Source: Camelus dromedarius
Lineage: Eukaryota
Length of the DNA: 64,000 nt
NCBI RefSeq assembly: GCF_036321535.1
Contig: NC_087437.1
Coordinates: 79,982,001-80,046,000 of the forward strand
Direction of reading: 5' to 3'
A program made the translations under genes and the position numbers. The stretch's first letter is position 1, and the number at the start of each line of letters is the position of its first letter. The notes below the pieces were generated by a model that saw only the letters and a list, made by a program, of their open reading frames with translations, was not told the origin of the DNA and did no database searches. Positions 37,101 to 50,700 of this stretch are shown one piece after another.

Positions 37101-38169
37101 TTTTCTCTTTAAAAGATCCCTTGTCTTGACCCACATGATCCAGGCTGTCAGATGCCACCACTGCTCAGCAGACTACAGCGTGAGAGAAAGAAGCTACAAA
37201 GAAGCATGGTTAAGAACCCACGGCCACTGGCTCCCTGGCAGGAGGCCAACCACCTAAAATTCAAAATCAAACCTTGGGCAGACTTCGACATGACCTGGGC
37301 TGGTGTAAAATTCCACAGGGGAGACAGGGGAGACCCAGAAGAGGAATCTTCCAATACTGGAGACACTCTGGTCGGAAGAATTGCAGCTCATGATTCTTGT
37401 TCTAGCAGGACAGGACCTGGTAGCAACTGATAGCAATAGAGGCAGAGGAAAGGGCTATGCAGGATGTCAAGAAAGTGGAGAACAAGTCAGGGATTAGAAC
37501 TGGAGTTCAGTCATGAGAGGTGACAGGTACCAGGAAAGAGAGCAGCCTGACGGACACCCAGACATCCAGGGGCAATGGGTCTGAGGAGCAGCAAGACGAA
37601 CCTAAGACCCTAGCATCATGACCCTGATGGAGAAGGGGCCCCATCCCAGCCAGCTTTGTCCCCTTGGCTCTGAGACGGATCTGCAGGAACCCAGAGTACG
37701 GCAGCCTGGCGCAGGCAAGGACCTGCACTTCCCTCAACGCTCAAATGTGCTCAAAAATCGAGTTCTTGTTTTCAGGGGGTAATCCTGGTGGCAGATAAAC
37801 ATTCTTCCCACCAAATAACCTTGGTAATACACAACATATTTGAAGCAGTGCCTAGAGATTTAGTTTAAGTCCCTGAAAAGAGGAAAACCTTGTGAATTTG
37901 GTCCTTCGACTTATTTATTTCATACTTGTTAAATGGATTGTTCTTCTCCCTCATCCCATCCTACTCAGAGTGCTAAAGAACAAAAACAAACAGGAGACTG
38001 GGGGCTGCGTCTGGAAAACAGGAGCAGTGGCTGTATTCCTCCGCCTCGATGCTGTGCTCTTTGAGGAGCTGTTTATGGTTTGATTACCATAAGGCCTGGA
38101 AGCTTTCCATTTCAGTTTTTGGCATCCCCTTTACTACCTCATTTTATTTACAACACTCTAACATGGATA

Positions 38170-38910
38170 CAGAAAGAATTATTATTATCCCCATTTTCCA
38201 GATTAGGAAACTAACTTGGAGGAGCAGTAAGTGATAAACGCAAATCTATCTTCAAAAACTTGCGGCAGAGATCTATCTGGGCTCAAGTCCTTTCATGTGG
38301 TAGAGCCTCAAAAATATTTGCTGAATGAATGAATGAACAGATTTTTTTTCCCACTAAAGTACTATTTTTAAGGTACAAGCAGAATAAGGAAGAAAGTGAA
38401 GTCACAACAGGGCTGAGGAATGGGGGTAACAGTAACAGCTGACATGAATGGCGTGCTTACTGTCAGTCATTTGATGAGCACTCTGTACTCATTTATTCCT
38501 TAGAACAACTTGTGAAGGTAAGTAGTAGTGCTTTTCGGTTTGTGCACATGAGGAAAACAAAGATATATTTCAGAACTGGGATTCAAACCCAGGTGTGCTG
38601 CCCCATGGCCCATGCTCTAACCATCCACCATGCTGTGTAGAAACAAACTAAGTCAGAAACCCTAGGAATGGCAAAGAGCGGGTGCAGTAATAAGGGAAAG
38701 TCCGGGAAAGTGGAAGGTCTAACACCTACCAGGTGCCAGGCCTTTGCATAGAGTATCCCTGGTCCTCAAATGAATCCAAGAAGTTGGTATGAGACTCTTC
38801 ACTTCATAGATGAGGAAGCTGCGGTTCAAAGAAGCTAAATGACTTCCTCAAAGTCACATGGCTAACGAGGGACAGACTGTGACTCAAATAGGTCTGTCTG
38901 ATTCCAAAGC
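38170..38910 (-). mobile_element. Cluster of three MIR fragments
   Basis: Antisense MIR cores at ~38180 (attatccccattttccagattaggaaact), ~38550-38620 (ctgggattcaaacccagg) and ~38800-38905 (agatgaggaagctg...aaagtcacatggcta...tctgattccaaagc). Confidence 0.7.
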
Positions 38911-39405
38911 ACAGGTTTTTTTTTTTTTTTCCACTACAAATATTTCTAGAGACCAACTCTACACAATTTAAACAGTAGAAATTTTCCATGTCCTGGAGCA
39001 TTTTCTGTCCTTGGGGAACATGACACAGAGGAACTGAGATGTGTGGATGTCTGACCAAAGAACATCTTTCTCAATTTGAAACGTTCATCCCCTTTAACTC
39101 AGCATATAAAATACTAAGCATAGATAATAAACAAGGAGACATGAGAAAGAAAGTACACACCTGCCCAGCCAGGTCAGCTGAATCAGCCCTGGTGATCATT
39201 CAAAAAAAAAAAAAAAAGTGTAACCATTTAGGTCAAAACACTGACAGAAGAAAACAGATTGATTTCCTCACGGAGGTGCATTTCCAGCACTAGACTCCAG
39301 GAAGGAGTGGCTCCTTCTTTCTGTTTGGGGACAGACAGATGATGTCACCTGTCTATGGTGATCTCTTTTCAGCTTTCTGGAATTGCCTTCGATCTTATTC
39401 CAGAG

Positions 39406-39592
39406 TAGTGGTTCTTAAACTTTAACAGGCAGCAGAATCAACTGACGTCCTGCTCAATAGAAACTCTGGGGCTCCACTCCCAGAGTTTCTGCATGAGTAC
39501 ATCTGAACGGGGTTCTGAGAAACTGCATTTCTGACAAGTTACCAGGTAAAACTGACGGAGAGGGCCAGGGGACCACACGTGGAGGACAAGGG
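39406..39592. mobile_element. MER5A (hAT-Charlie) MITE, near full length
   Basis: tagtggttcttaaacttt...gcagaatca...tgcatttctgacaagtt...ggaccacac. 8-bp flanks TTCCAGAG / TCCTAGAG resemble the Charlie NTCTAGAN target. Confidence 0.8.
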
Positions 39593-41959
39593 TCCTAGAG
39601 TTATCACAAGTTTCCAATTATTTTTCTCTTAACGGCACACCAGTGCTGGCCATAATCCCATATCACCTCTCTGGAGTGAGCAACCTGCTTCACAAGCAAA
39701 GTGCTCAGTCCCTCGACGTCAAGACGACCCCCAAGAGGCTCTAAGCACTGAGTAAGAGCTTCTGCCTTTCATAGTCAGTCCCACGTTTTCCCTGAGCAAA
39801 AGAAGCACAGATAAAGATGATATCTAGGCTAAAAGTTAAAGCTACAACGCCTATACCTTTGCAATTTATGCACAGGTCCTCAAAACTCAATTTTGTCCCA
39901 CCTGGCTCAGATCCTTTGGGCTAGCCCTGCATGATCAATATAATCTCAAAAGCTTCGTCTAATCAATACTATAAAACATGCTCATTTTTCCGCCAATATC
40001 AGACAGAAATAAGGTTTTGCTCATGTTTTGCAAATGAGTTTTTTAAAAAATTATTTTCATAGCTTCACTGTGAGCCGTAGACTTTTATAGATGTCAGAGC
40101 TCAGCTCGGGGAAGCTGTAACTGACTGTTTCATCTTGACAGTTCCTTTGGAACAATTATTTAATGTGAGCATTATTTAAATGTGACAGCAGAATGAATAT
40201 ATCTTGGTGTGGTTTTAAAATTTAGCCTCAACGTCTTCTCTTCCACCTACATTTAAAACAGCACATTAGGCTTTGCTTCTTGCCTTCCATTTAGAGTTAG
40301 TACGGAGTTTAGGTACTGGGGGACGTAATTTGAACTGAAGAGCCAAATGGACACATCGATGTGCTACCCTTGGCTCTGTTATTTTCTTAATCCCCTCTGA
40401 AGAAAGAAAAATGATGATCTTTAAGCTGAGGCCAGATGCGACCCCTTTGAACCCTACAGTTGACAATGTGGGAAAAACCACAGTCTTCAAGGCATTATTT
40501 CAGACCATGTATGTATGTATAAAGATCTTTCGCTGGTTGCCATTTTGAGGGAAGATCCCTTTTTGAGGAAAAAAATTGAACACATAAAGTTCATGAGTTA
40601 AGGGAGAGAAGCTGCTGCAGCCTTTTTGCTCAGATCTGCGGGAATTGAGAACTCAGAGCTGTATTTACAGTGCCGTCCTGGCCACCCCCTTCCAAGGGGT
40701 ACTTAGTAGGTAATGGAGGGAAGACGAAGAGTCCACAAAGCAATTATCACTGTTCTGATGGGGCGATGGGGTGAGGTGAAAATGCACAGAAAGTGGTTAT
40801 TTGTTTACTTCAAAATATGAGTAGCATTCAACAAAAGGGAGTAATCTGGAGAATTTCTCTGTCTGTTTCATGTGCCATTTCTCTCAAGAATTGACAGGCA
40901 GTGGCATTATCCTTATTCTGGAAATTGCCTTTATGTACAAATAAGCATTCATTACATGCAGCTTTTCTCAGCTCTAAAGGGCAAGGGGAAAACAGGTTAT
41001 TAGTAAAATAAAAAAATAATGCTGGCATGTGTTGTTTTTTTTTCCCTCAGGGTGAGAGGGAAAATGCCTTGATACTGTTTTCCAACATTCCAGCCATCAA
41101 CTCCAGAGAGAACAGACAAACATAATTTTCATGGCTGACATAATGAAGACGATGATGCTTCTCAGCCATTTCCCAGAGCACAAACTCAGTGTCGGAGTGA
41201 GCCTGGCTGTGTGACCATAATAAATGCTAGTGATGTGGGCAAAACAAATGCACAACTGAAAAACAATGAGTCAGAGAGCTCATCCATTGCTGTCAATAGA
41301 AGCCAGAGTTCTCTCAAACCTGCTTAGTGTCTGCCACCGTATAATCTAAAGTGCATTGCAGACTATTTGCATGTTGAGTAAAATGTTAGTCGCTTAGGAA
41401 TAAACAAAGCAGTTGCATTTTCACTGTCTCTCAGGTTTGGATTTCTGTTTTCTTGCTGTATATGCTCATTAGATTAGATACAAAGAATTTGTTTTTCAGT
41501 AGCTGAAATAAAGCTGAGAACTGATACAATTATTTCAGTAATATAGACAAAACATTTTCCTCAACTTCCAAATTACCATACCACTAAAATTCCTTTCTGG
41601 TTTAAATTATCTGGATAGTTTCTCAAAAAGAAAGAAATAAAACATGCTAGAGAGTAATATAAGAAGACTAATATAAAAATCAATTATTTTTCCTAACTGA
41701 CCATAGTTAATCTTTTGATCAATTTCCTTCCTGTTGCTTTTCTATGTGCTCATGTTATATATATGTTTCTGTATTCTGCTTTTTTCTTTTTATATTATAG
41801 CATAAGCGTTTTCCCACTGGGTAGAGGTTTTCTATAACTGATTTTATATATTTACATATTATTATATATAACATCCTTGTACATAAATCAATGTATCTAA
41901 TGTTTTAAAGCTGTGAGTAAAATGATGACCCTATTTGAGTAACATGGGTTTAAGTCAGA

Positions 41960-42200
41960 TCCTCTGGTGACAGCTGGACACACAGATACCCAGAGTTCCC
42001 AAGACACCCTTGTGGTACTGTGACTGTGTGACGGAGTTCTGGCCAGTGAAGTACAAGGAAGTCTCCTGTGGCAGCTTCCAGGAAATTTCCTTAAACTATT
42101 GATGGTGTCTGACCATCTTTGCCTCTACTTTGCCTCTACTTGGGACCCTTCTCCATTTTGGACCATAGGACAAGGGCTAGTGTGGGACCAGAGATGGGGG
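41960..42200 (+). mobile_element. MLT1-type MaLR LTR fragment
   Basis: tgtgacggagttctggccagtgaagt...ggaagt...gcagcttccaggaa resembles the MLT1J-like core. Confidence 0.5.
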
Positions 42201-43729
42201 AGTAAGAAGTAAGAGAAATTCTCGTTACGGATCCATTGACAAACTGGAAAAAAAGCATTAAAGTTTTAGTAAATCTTTTAATGCTCCATATTGTGTTTCA
42301 AGAGTGAGGGTGATGCAAAAAGATTGTGATTTATCTCCACAGGATTTAAGAGAGATGGCTGGGTTCAATTCTCTCTCACCAGGACTCTGCATCATTCTCT
42401 GCCATCTCATTTTATAAACAACAAAATATATGTTAGCAAAACAATAGCTTATAAAATAAAATCAGGTCCAATCCCCAAGTGGTAAATAATTTCTGAATTT
42501 GCAAAACTACATACCAGAGGAGAAATAGCTTCAGGATCTGTATAACTTTGAGTCAGAGTTGCATGAAATTGTCACACACTCTCCCAGGTGCTTCCAACGT
42601 CAGCTGATTAGCCAAACCAGCAGGATTATCCAGTAGTAGATTCTGCTTCGGGCAATTCTAATACAGCTATGCTCCTGCTGGAAACTAACCTCAAAATTTG
42701 GGCCAGGTTGCCTTTGATTAAACCTTCATATAATGATGTTACTTCTCTTTTCAACATAGAAAATGAAAGGGAAAATGAGGTAATTATGTTGGCCATTTAA
42801 GTAAAACAAAACCTATCCAGATACTTGAGGCAAAAGGGAATTGGAGGTTTGACAGGGCAGATAATCATCTGAGTTCTCAATTTCACTTTGCCAAGAATAC
42901 AAAGCATTTTTAAATGAAGTTTACTGAACAGAGATTTCCAAATAATATGTCTAGTACCCATGAAGAGATGCTCCCCAAACCAATTGTCTCCTGGCTATCT
43001 CAGCAAAAAGGGGCATTAATCAAGGTTATTTTAGTTCTCCCCTATTCTTCAAATTTGCAAAGACTGACACTTTTTACAAGCTACCAGGCAAGATACTCTC
43101 ACAAACATGAAAACCTAATTTATGTTTTTCCAGTTTGCATTTTCTTTGACAAGACAAGTCACCATCATGAGGAATATGGGTAACAGCAACCAGAGGCTTG
43201 TTTTTGTTTCTATCAGTGAACTAGGTAGAAACTGCTACCAAAGAAGCTGCCTCTCCTCCCAGGGTCCAGCACTTCCCCTGGTGCACTTGCTCCCCATTGT
43301 CTCCGCTTTGCTGCCTGATGTTCTTCCCTGTTTCTGGTCTGTTGTCACTGCTAACTTCACCACTCCCTCCACGCCGTGGCTACCAGCACCCTCAGCACCA
43401 ATGCTGCAGGACATAGGTCGAACCAGGACTTTGATGCTAGGATTCCTTCTGCCCTGTTTCTCCTGATAATGTGGGCTAATGCAGGGCAATTTTGGAACAC
43501 ACTACTCACCATCTACTCATGGCCCTGTCTTTTTTCTATTTGATCCATCCTTTTAACTACTATAAAAGAGGACTCTGCCCACAAGCCCTGCCTCCAGACA
43601 TTAAATATTTCAAAATCATTTCATGTGGAAACTGTTACGTTTTGTAATACTTTTATTATTAATTCCCTTTATGTTTCAGTATGTTAGCAGCGTGATACAT
43701 ATTGATAGTGTGTTTACAAATCTGCCAGT

Positions 43730-44219
43730 TGTGATGGTTCATTTTGTGTCAACTTGACTGGGGCCAAGGATGGCCCAGACATTTGGTCAGACATTACTCT
43801 GGGTGTGTCTGTAGGATGTTTCTGGATGAGACCTAACATTTGAATGAATGAGTAAAGCAGATTGCCCTCCCTAATGTGAGTGGACCCATTTAATCAGCTG
43901 AAAGTCTGAATAGAACAAAAAAGGCTAACCTTCCCGTAACTAAGAGGGAATTACTCCCACCTGACTGCCTTTCTAACCGGGACACCAGTTTATTCCTTCC
44001 TCAGGACTAGAACTGAAACAAGAGCTCTTCCTGGGGTCTTGAGCCTGCTGGCTTTCAGACTGGACATACATCACCAGCTCTCTTGGGTCTCCGGTTTGTC
44101 CACTGCGGATCTTGGGACTTGTCACCTCCATAATCACGTGAACCAATTCCTTAAAATAAATCTCTGTATATACATACATCCTATTAGTTCTTTTTCTCTG
44201 GAGAACCAGGGCTAATACA
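43730..44219 (+). mobile_element. Full-length MLT2-type (ERVL) solo LTR
   Basis: TGTGATGGTTCATTTTGTGTCAACTTGACTGG start, ...GGAGAACCAGGGCTAATACA end, AATAAA at 44155-44160, 5-bp TSD CCAGT/CCAGC. Confidence 0.9.
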
Positions 44220-44694
44220 CCAGCTAACCCTGGTGTTTGCTTCATTTACAACCCAAGTATATTTTTTTCTAAATTACAAATTTGGATTGTTTTGTATTAA
44301 ATGTCTCCCCACTTATAAATAATTGAGGAATCTTACTTGCAAAAGCAATTGATCTATGGTCAGCTTGCTATTTTTCTTATAAATATAAAATGAAAGCAAA
44401 TGTTTGCTAGCCTCATAGCCCCCGCTGTCAGGATAGAAGCCTCCCCATCCTGGGACAATTCTCTCCTGCCAGGTCCTCTGAGATGTCTTCACCCTATGCC
44501 TCATGAGTGTTCACAAACAAGTATCTCCCACCTACTTGTTCTCCTGTTTTTTTCTCACTTCAAGAAGTTCACTGCCTCACATTTTCCACAGCTGACAAGA
44601 ATGTTGAGAGGAGGATGGAGAACTATCTTAAAGACAAGAAAACAACAACAACAACAAAAAAAAAAAAAAAAAACAAGAAAAGGCCACTGTTTTA

Positions 44695-47079
44695 AAGATA
44701 TTCATTTACAATTACTTTATTAAACAATCATTGTTTACATGTCATCAGACCTTACCCCTGAAGTGTAAAAAAAAAAAAAAAAAAAAACAGTTTGAGGTAT
44801 TAAAACTGAAGGAACATTTGCACATATTTTGTAAGGTTTTTTTTCACACTATAATAATTGTGTAATAATTTCACACTATAACTCAGTACAACCTATAACT
44901 GCAGGTCTGTAAGAACAAAGCTATATAAAGCAAACCTGGCTTGTCTCACTAGAGCTGTGGATCTCCCATTTATGATGAAAGGGTAGCAAAAAATATATGA
45001 GATTTAAGTTGCTTGCAAAATGATACGTCCATTATTTAGTTTTATAAAATGGTGTATAGAATTTAACAGGTTAACAGCTGAAACAGTAATTATCCCCAAA
45101 GCACAAAAATCAAACTGACAAACCAGTTTCAGTGATATAGTGTCCTATTCACAGGATTTAATCCTCGGATCAATGGCAATTCACTTAAAGTATCTGAAAT
45201 AGATTTACCAGGATATTTCAATACTATCCATGTATACAGAGGGTCACATAAGTGGCATGGTCCATTTTTTTTTTTCTGTAGGATTTTCCCCTTTAAATTA
45301 GTAAATAAATTTGCTAACACAGATAAAGTTCAGAATGGTCACTTCAAAGTTATTTTTAAGTAACATGAGGAAGAGGAGATTCGCTTTTTAAGTGTTAGAC
45401 CTTGTTACATTGAAGAAATTAACTGGAGACTTTCCAGATGCCATTTCCCTTTGGCTGTGTCTACACCTTGAAAGAAGAAGTTGAGGCAATTATACAGCTG
45501 ATTATTGCAATACAAATATTTTCTTCTGAACTAGTCGGGCAAATTGGAGAAAAGGTGTTTTTTGATTTGACGATTGATTTAATTATTAACTTCAGAGCAT
45601 AGGCACTTCATTCGAAACAAATCTAAAATTGCATAGTGATCTGCATGTAGTTCAGTAAATTAATTAAGTCCTGAACAATGGGTCACAAATGTTAAACGGA
45701 AATTCATCTCTACAGCAATGTTTATGTGAAAAATGGCACTTTTAGTAGCTGTGCATCCCGGGTTCTGGTGTTTGTCACTGAATCCTTTTATGTGTTCAGT
45801 TGCGCAAAGGCTAGATTGAACAAAGGAAAGATTGTTTCTTGGTAAGAATATAGGCTTAAAACTTGGCTTTTGAAACTTTTTGAAAAACGGATAAAGGATA
45901 AAATGCTTTTCGCAGTTTACTGCTAGAGGAAAATACTGTTTATTCCATGGCAATCATGACACCTTCAAGAAGACACCTTAAAAGGTAGGCTTCCTCCAGA
46001 CCGTATGTCTTACCTGCATCAGAAATTTGTAAGAAAGGGAATCTTTTTTTTTGTAGAGATGCGAACAAAGCTCTGCAAAGCACATTTAACCTGTTTCCTT
46101 TTGTTCTAGGAGAAAAACAGAAAAAAAAAAAAAGAAAAAAGGAACCTAGGTTGTTAAAAATGCAAACAGGAACGCCGTGCTTGTGTGTGGGGCCAACGGC
46201 CTCTTCCCACGACTGCTGTCTGCTTTCCCAGGTAACGGTTACTGAATTAAGAATCGTCTTGGCAGTTGCTGCACTGCCAGGAGCGCAGCTGCAATGGCAG
46301 CTGGTGTAGTTTACCCGGGAGCAGAGTGAACGTGTGCTGATGTTCCACTTGAACCAGAAGGAGAAAATGGATCATAGCCGTTTGGAGCAAATGAATAATG
46401 ATCTAGGGTCACTTAGTATCCTTTGGAAGTTCACGACTATTTTTACTGTTTGCCACACAAATGGATGCTTCCCCCAGGTTAAGATACATTTTAAGAGGTT
46501 TTTTTTCTTCTTCTTCTTCTTTTTTTAAAGGAATGTCTTCAGACATGGAAATCAGCCAAAAACATAGGAGGTCATAGAATGAGAAATTAAATCTCGGGTG
46601 TCTAAATTGGCCATTCCAATTAAAACATATCCCCAAGCTGCAATTATCTGGAAAAAAACAAAAAGCAACTTTCATTTCAGGACCACAAATGTAAATCTAA
46701 ATGCCATCACAACAGGTTTTAATGCTTAGGGATAAAATGCAACAAATTCTTTTTTTTTCTATGCCTATCTTTTATCTATAAAACCACTAATCAAAAGAAA
46801 ATTGAAATAAAGTGAAATAATGACTAAGAACTAAGTCCTGAATGGTGTTTGCTTATTGTCAGTATACCCACTGGTGCCATACAAATAGGGCTGACCACAA
46901 ACATAAGTGACAAGAGCAATATTATCACAATTCTCTCACTAACGTCATGCTGACAAGCAACACTGTGAAATCTCTCAAACCTACAAATACCAAATGCTGG
47001 CTGGCATTCAATTCAGATAGAACACTGACTGCAGTTACACACGATACAGCCAGTGACGCCTCCCGAGAGCCTGTTACAG
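44695..47079 (-). other. ZPLD1: ZPLD1 3' UTR (~2.4 kb, inferred)
   Basis: AT-rich stretch without recognisable interspersed repeats, between the stop codon and an AATAAA with a U/GU-rich downstream element. The end point is inferred, not observed. Confidence 0.65.
44716..44721 (-). terminator. Polyadenylation signal AATAAA (likely ZPLD1 distal PAS)
   Basis: Plus-strand TTTATT. On the transcript strand it is followed ~40-80 nt later by a long T/(GTT)n tract (plus strand 44637-44680), the expected downstream element. Confidence 0.65.
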
Positions 47080-47268
<189 letters not shown>

Positions 47269-47672
47269 TCACACACAGTGGAAGGTCCAATATCAGATTG
47301 ATCTCATCTTATTCCAACTTACATCTGCAAAGCATCTTTCATCAGTATGTTGCAGAATAACAGCATGAGACTGGATTGTGCTATAGTTTATTTGATTATA
47401 ATTCAGTTCAATGCCAAAGGATTGTATATATTAGAGGCCTGGTATTCCCTGGGCAGACAAAAAAAATCATCTATAAAGTGCTATAAAAATTGACCAACAG
47501 GTTGCATATGAGCTCAGAAATCCTCAGTAAACTGTGATTTACAATATAACAAACTTGTAAAATCAGGGCTCATTACATGTAGTTGACTACAGCTTTGTAA
47601 CTGATGACCAAAAAATACTTAACATTTTTTTTAAATTATACTTTCATTTTCAATATATGTTAGTTATCTTAC

Positions 47673-47702
47673 CAAGCTGTGAATTGTTGGTTGGAGTCTC
47701 AT
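47673..47702 (-). CDS. ZPLD1: ZPLD1 30-nt micro-exon: (D)ETPTNNSQL(G)
   Basis: Minus strand reads ccttttttccccctccag|ATGAGACTCCAACCAACAATTCACAGCTTG|gtaaga. Strong polypyrimidine tract and donor, phase 1-1. Confidence 0.92.
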
Positions 47703-50700
47703 CTGGAGGGGGAAAAAAGGAAAAGAAAAGCATTGTGACTCCAAATATTTACCTACATTTGTTATAATTCTGTAATTACTCTTTATCTAGATGTCCCCTC
47801 ACCTTCACGTACAAGCTTCCTGGGGAAAATAATAATGAAAATCCCCCTAAACCATCTGCTTTCCCATTTCCTGTTTCATATGTCTGAGATTTTATCATCT
47901 GTCCGTTCCCCCAAGCCCATGCCCTGCCGCTGCCCTGGGCACACAAATATAATCACAAAATGCGCTGTGCTGTATTCTTTCCTGCCGACTTTGCTTCATC
48001 ATTCTCTCTCCAGTTATGTTAGTGGGGGCAGGAACTGTGAACAGCTATTACATTTTTTAGAGCCCTATAACCTGTCATTTGTTATTCTGTTACAGAGAAA
48101 TATTCATTATTTAGTGCCACTCTATTTTAAGTATTGTCAATTTGCCCATCATAATCTGCAAAAACATCATTTTAAGTTCCAAGAGGATAAATTCACACTT
48201 AATGACTAAATGAAAGGAAAACATGACTCCTGAGATTGAATTGTGGTTTTATTTGCATCTGTTAAAGACTGAAGCTGTTGATTTTTCACTTTTCCCTGGC
48301 AAACGCAATAGACGCAACGAACACATTCACTTGGTTTCCCAATTTTTGTTACCCATTTTGTAATCATACAGCAATCAACCCTTGAGATTGTACAAAGAGT
48401 AGGTTTTATATTTGCGTTTAAAAACATGGGTGTATATGTGTCTGTGTTTGTTATTTGAACCATAAAATGTGTGCAGTTGACTGATTCTAGAGTATAAATA
48501 TTATTACAATTAATGTGTGTAATGCCATACTGTTTACAAAGTCCTATCTCATATGTTATCACATTTAATTCTCATAACTGCCATATGGTTTAGCTATTAC
48601 TGCTACCCCCATTTTGCAGATGGAGAAATCTCCATCTGTCACAGCCACCATGACAAAGCAAACATATGCTTAAATAAAAGCTCAGCTTCAGAGTCCTTTT
48701 TCTAAAATAATATAAACTATAAAAGTATGGGAAATATTTTTAGTGTAAGAGATGAATATCTCAAACTACATAACTTCAGGATTAGTATTTGAAACAACTG
48801 ATGGGAGAAGCTGGTGAGATATTTATAAAACATCTGATGCCATTTCTTTTCAGACATGAGTCTTGGCAGAAATGACGGTTCTGCTGTTTGATCCTGAAGT
48901 ACAAAGTCCAAAATACATAGAGCACTTATTCATAGGATTATTTAGAATGGTGCAGTACACTGCTGTAGGACAAAAAGAAAAAAAATACAAATTTTCATTA
49001 TAGGGCATCCTTGAGAAAATCCTAACCTCCCACCAACATCACCCTATAAGGACAATTCTTTCTCATGTAAATAGATGGGATGCGCAACTGTGACTAATTC
49101 ATCTAAAAGATCTGTGTGCCCCTTTCCCAAGACAAGGTGCCTCACTGGAACATGGAGGAGAATATATAATGCTCTAAAACTCCTTTTAAAAAGTTAGTCC
49201 TTGTTTAGAAATCACATTTATTTGCTTTAAAAAAGGTTTATGTTAAAGAATAGAAAGCTTCCTCTTATGTGTCCCAAATTAGGCAAAAGTTCTATAATGG
49301 ATGCCCCCACCATTTTCTGCAATTTCAGGTTAATAAAAGAAGTCAGAATATCTCCTCCTTTCTTACATTACCACCAGCACTTCTGTAAGAAGACCATCCC
49401 AGGTGTCACCCACGAGGACTTGGCTGTGGACAAAATCTCCATGTGGGGACAAAATGCCAAGTGAGCCACACCCGCTCCAGGTTCCAGGGCTCTGACAAAC
49501 TGAAAGCATCCTACCTTTGGCAGGTGGCTGAAATCAGCGTGTGTCATGTTTGGATATTGTTTGAAACTGTATTTGATAGTGAATAAGGGTAGCAAGAACA
49601 ACTCTATCTGTTATCTGCTGCGTCTGGTATCCTGTAGTTTTAGGATCACTGCAATTAAAAGAAAATCAAAGTGCTGTCTAGAAAGGGGAGCTAGACATTT
49701 TCGAGGAGCTTTCTATCACCACACACTTCTGTTTTTCTCTCAGACCAAGCTAGTCTTATATACATATACACTGAAAGAAACCTCTGGAATTTAAACAGAC
49801 TGGAATTCTAAATTTGGTGAGCTCTTCAACAAAACACATAGCTAGCCGAGGACCCACAGGAGGCAAGTGATAGCAGCAACACCATGGCAGTTTGAAAACC
49901 AAAAGTGGCAGATAAACTGCCATTCTCTGCTTTTCTCTCTTATAAGCAGCTGAAATAAATGGGAAAAGTGAACATCAGTGCAAAGATATATGCAGAATGA
50001 ATATTTTTCCTTTCAGAGCACAAGAAAACTATTTTTTAAATCTTCAATTAACTGTGCAGTAAAATGAACCACATATTTCAAGTTGAGAGCCTTGGAACTT
50101 TTTACTCTCCACTGTGTTATGTCCGTTAATAGTCTATCTTCACCTTTGAATGCTGATCCCAGAGGGCAAAGATCGTGACCTATTCTCTACTGTATCTCTA
50201 GTTCCTAGCAAAGTGTCTGTCCCATGCAGGGGCTAAATAAACATGCTAGAATGAATTATTAGCTACCCATAAAACAGAGTTGGACAAGAGTAGAAATTTA
50301 TGTTAAAAAAAATTAGGTACTACTGTTATCCAGTGACTGTACCTTTAAATTTCCAGAATTGTACCCAACGATAAGCATTTCCCTACCAAATAGTTTTAGC
50401 ATTTCAGAGCTTAAAAAGAACACCTCATGAATTTTGAGGATTTTGAATTTTGAGGACGTGAATATTTTCCTAAATCAACTAACAAAAAAGATTAACAATG
50501 TTGGGGAGGAAAAAAAACAGCAAGTATTTGATTTCATTAAAACAAAGCAAAACAGAAGTTCTGAGGCTTAACAATTTATTAAAATTGACCTAAGCCAGAC
50601 ATCTAGTGGAAGGAGTGGTTCAATGAGCAAACAGCAAAAATTCTAAGTATCAGAGAGCTTTGAGAGAGCAAATTAAGCTTGAAATTGGACTTGTCTACGA

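Noticed and set aside
37100..37760. GC-richer block with overlapping 60-92 aa ORFs
   Set aside because: No protein similarity I recognise and no consistent splice structure. It is possibly an old LTR remnant, but I cannot support a family call.
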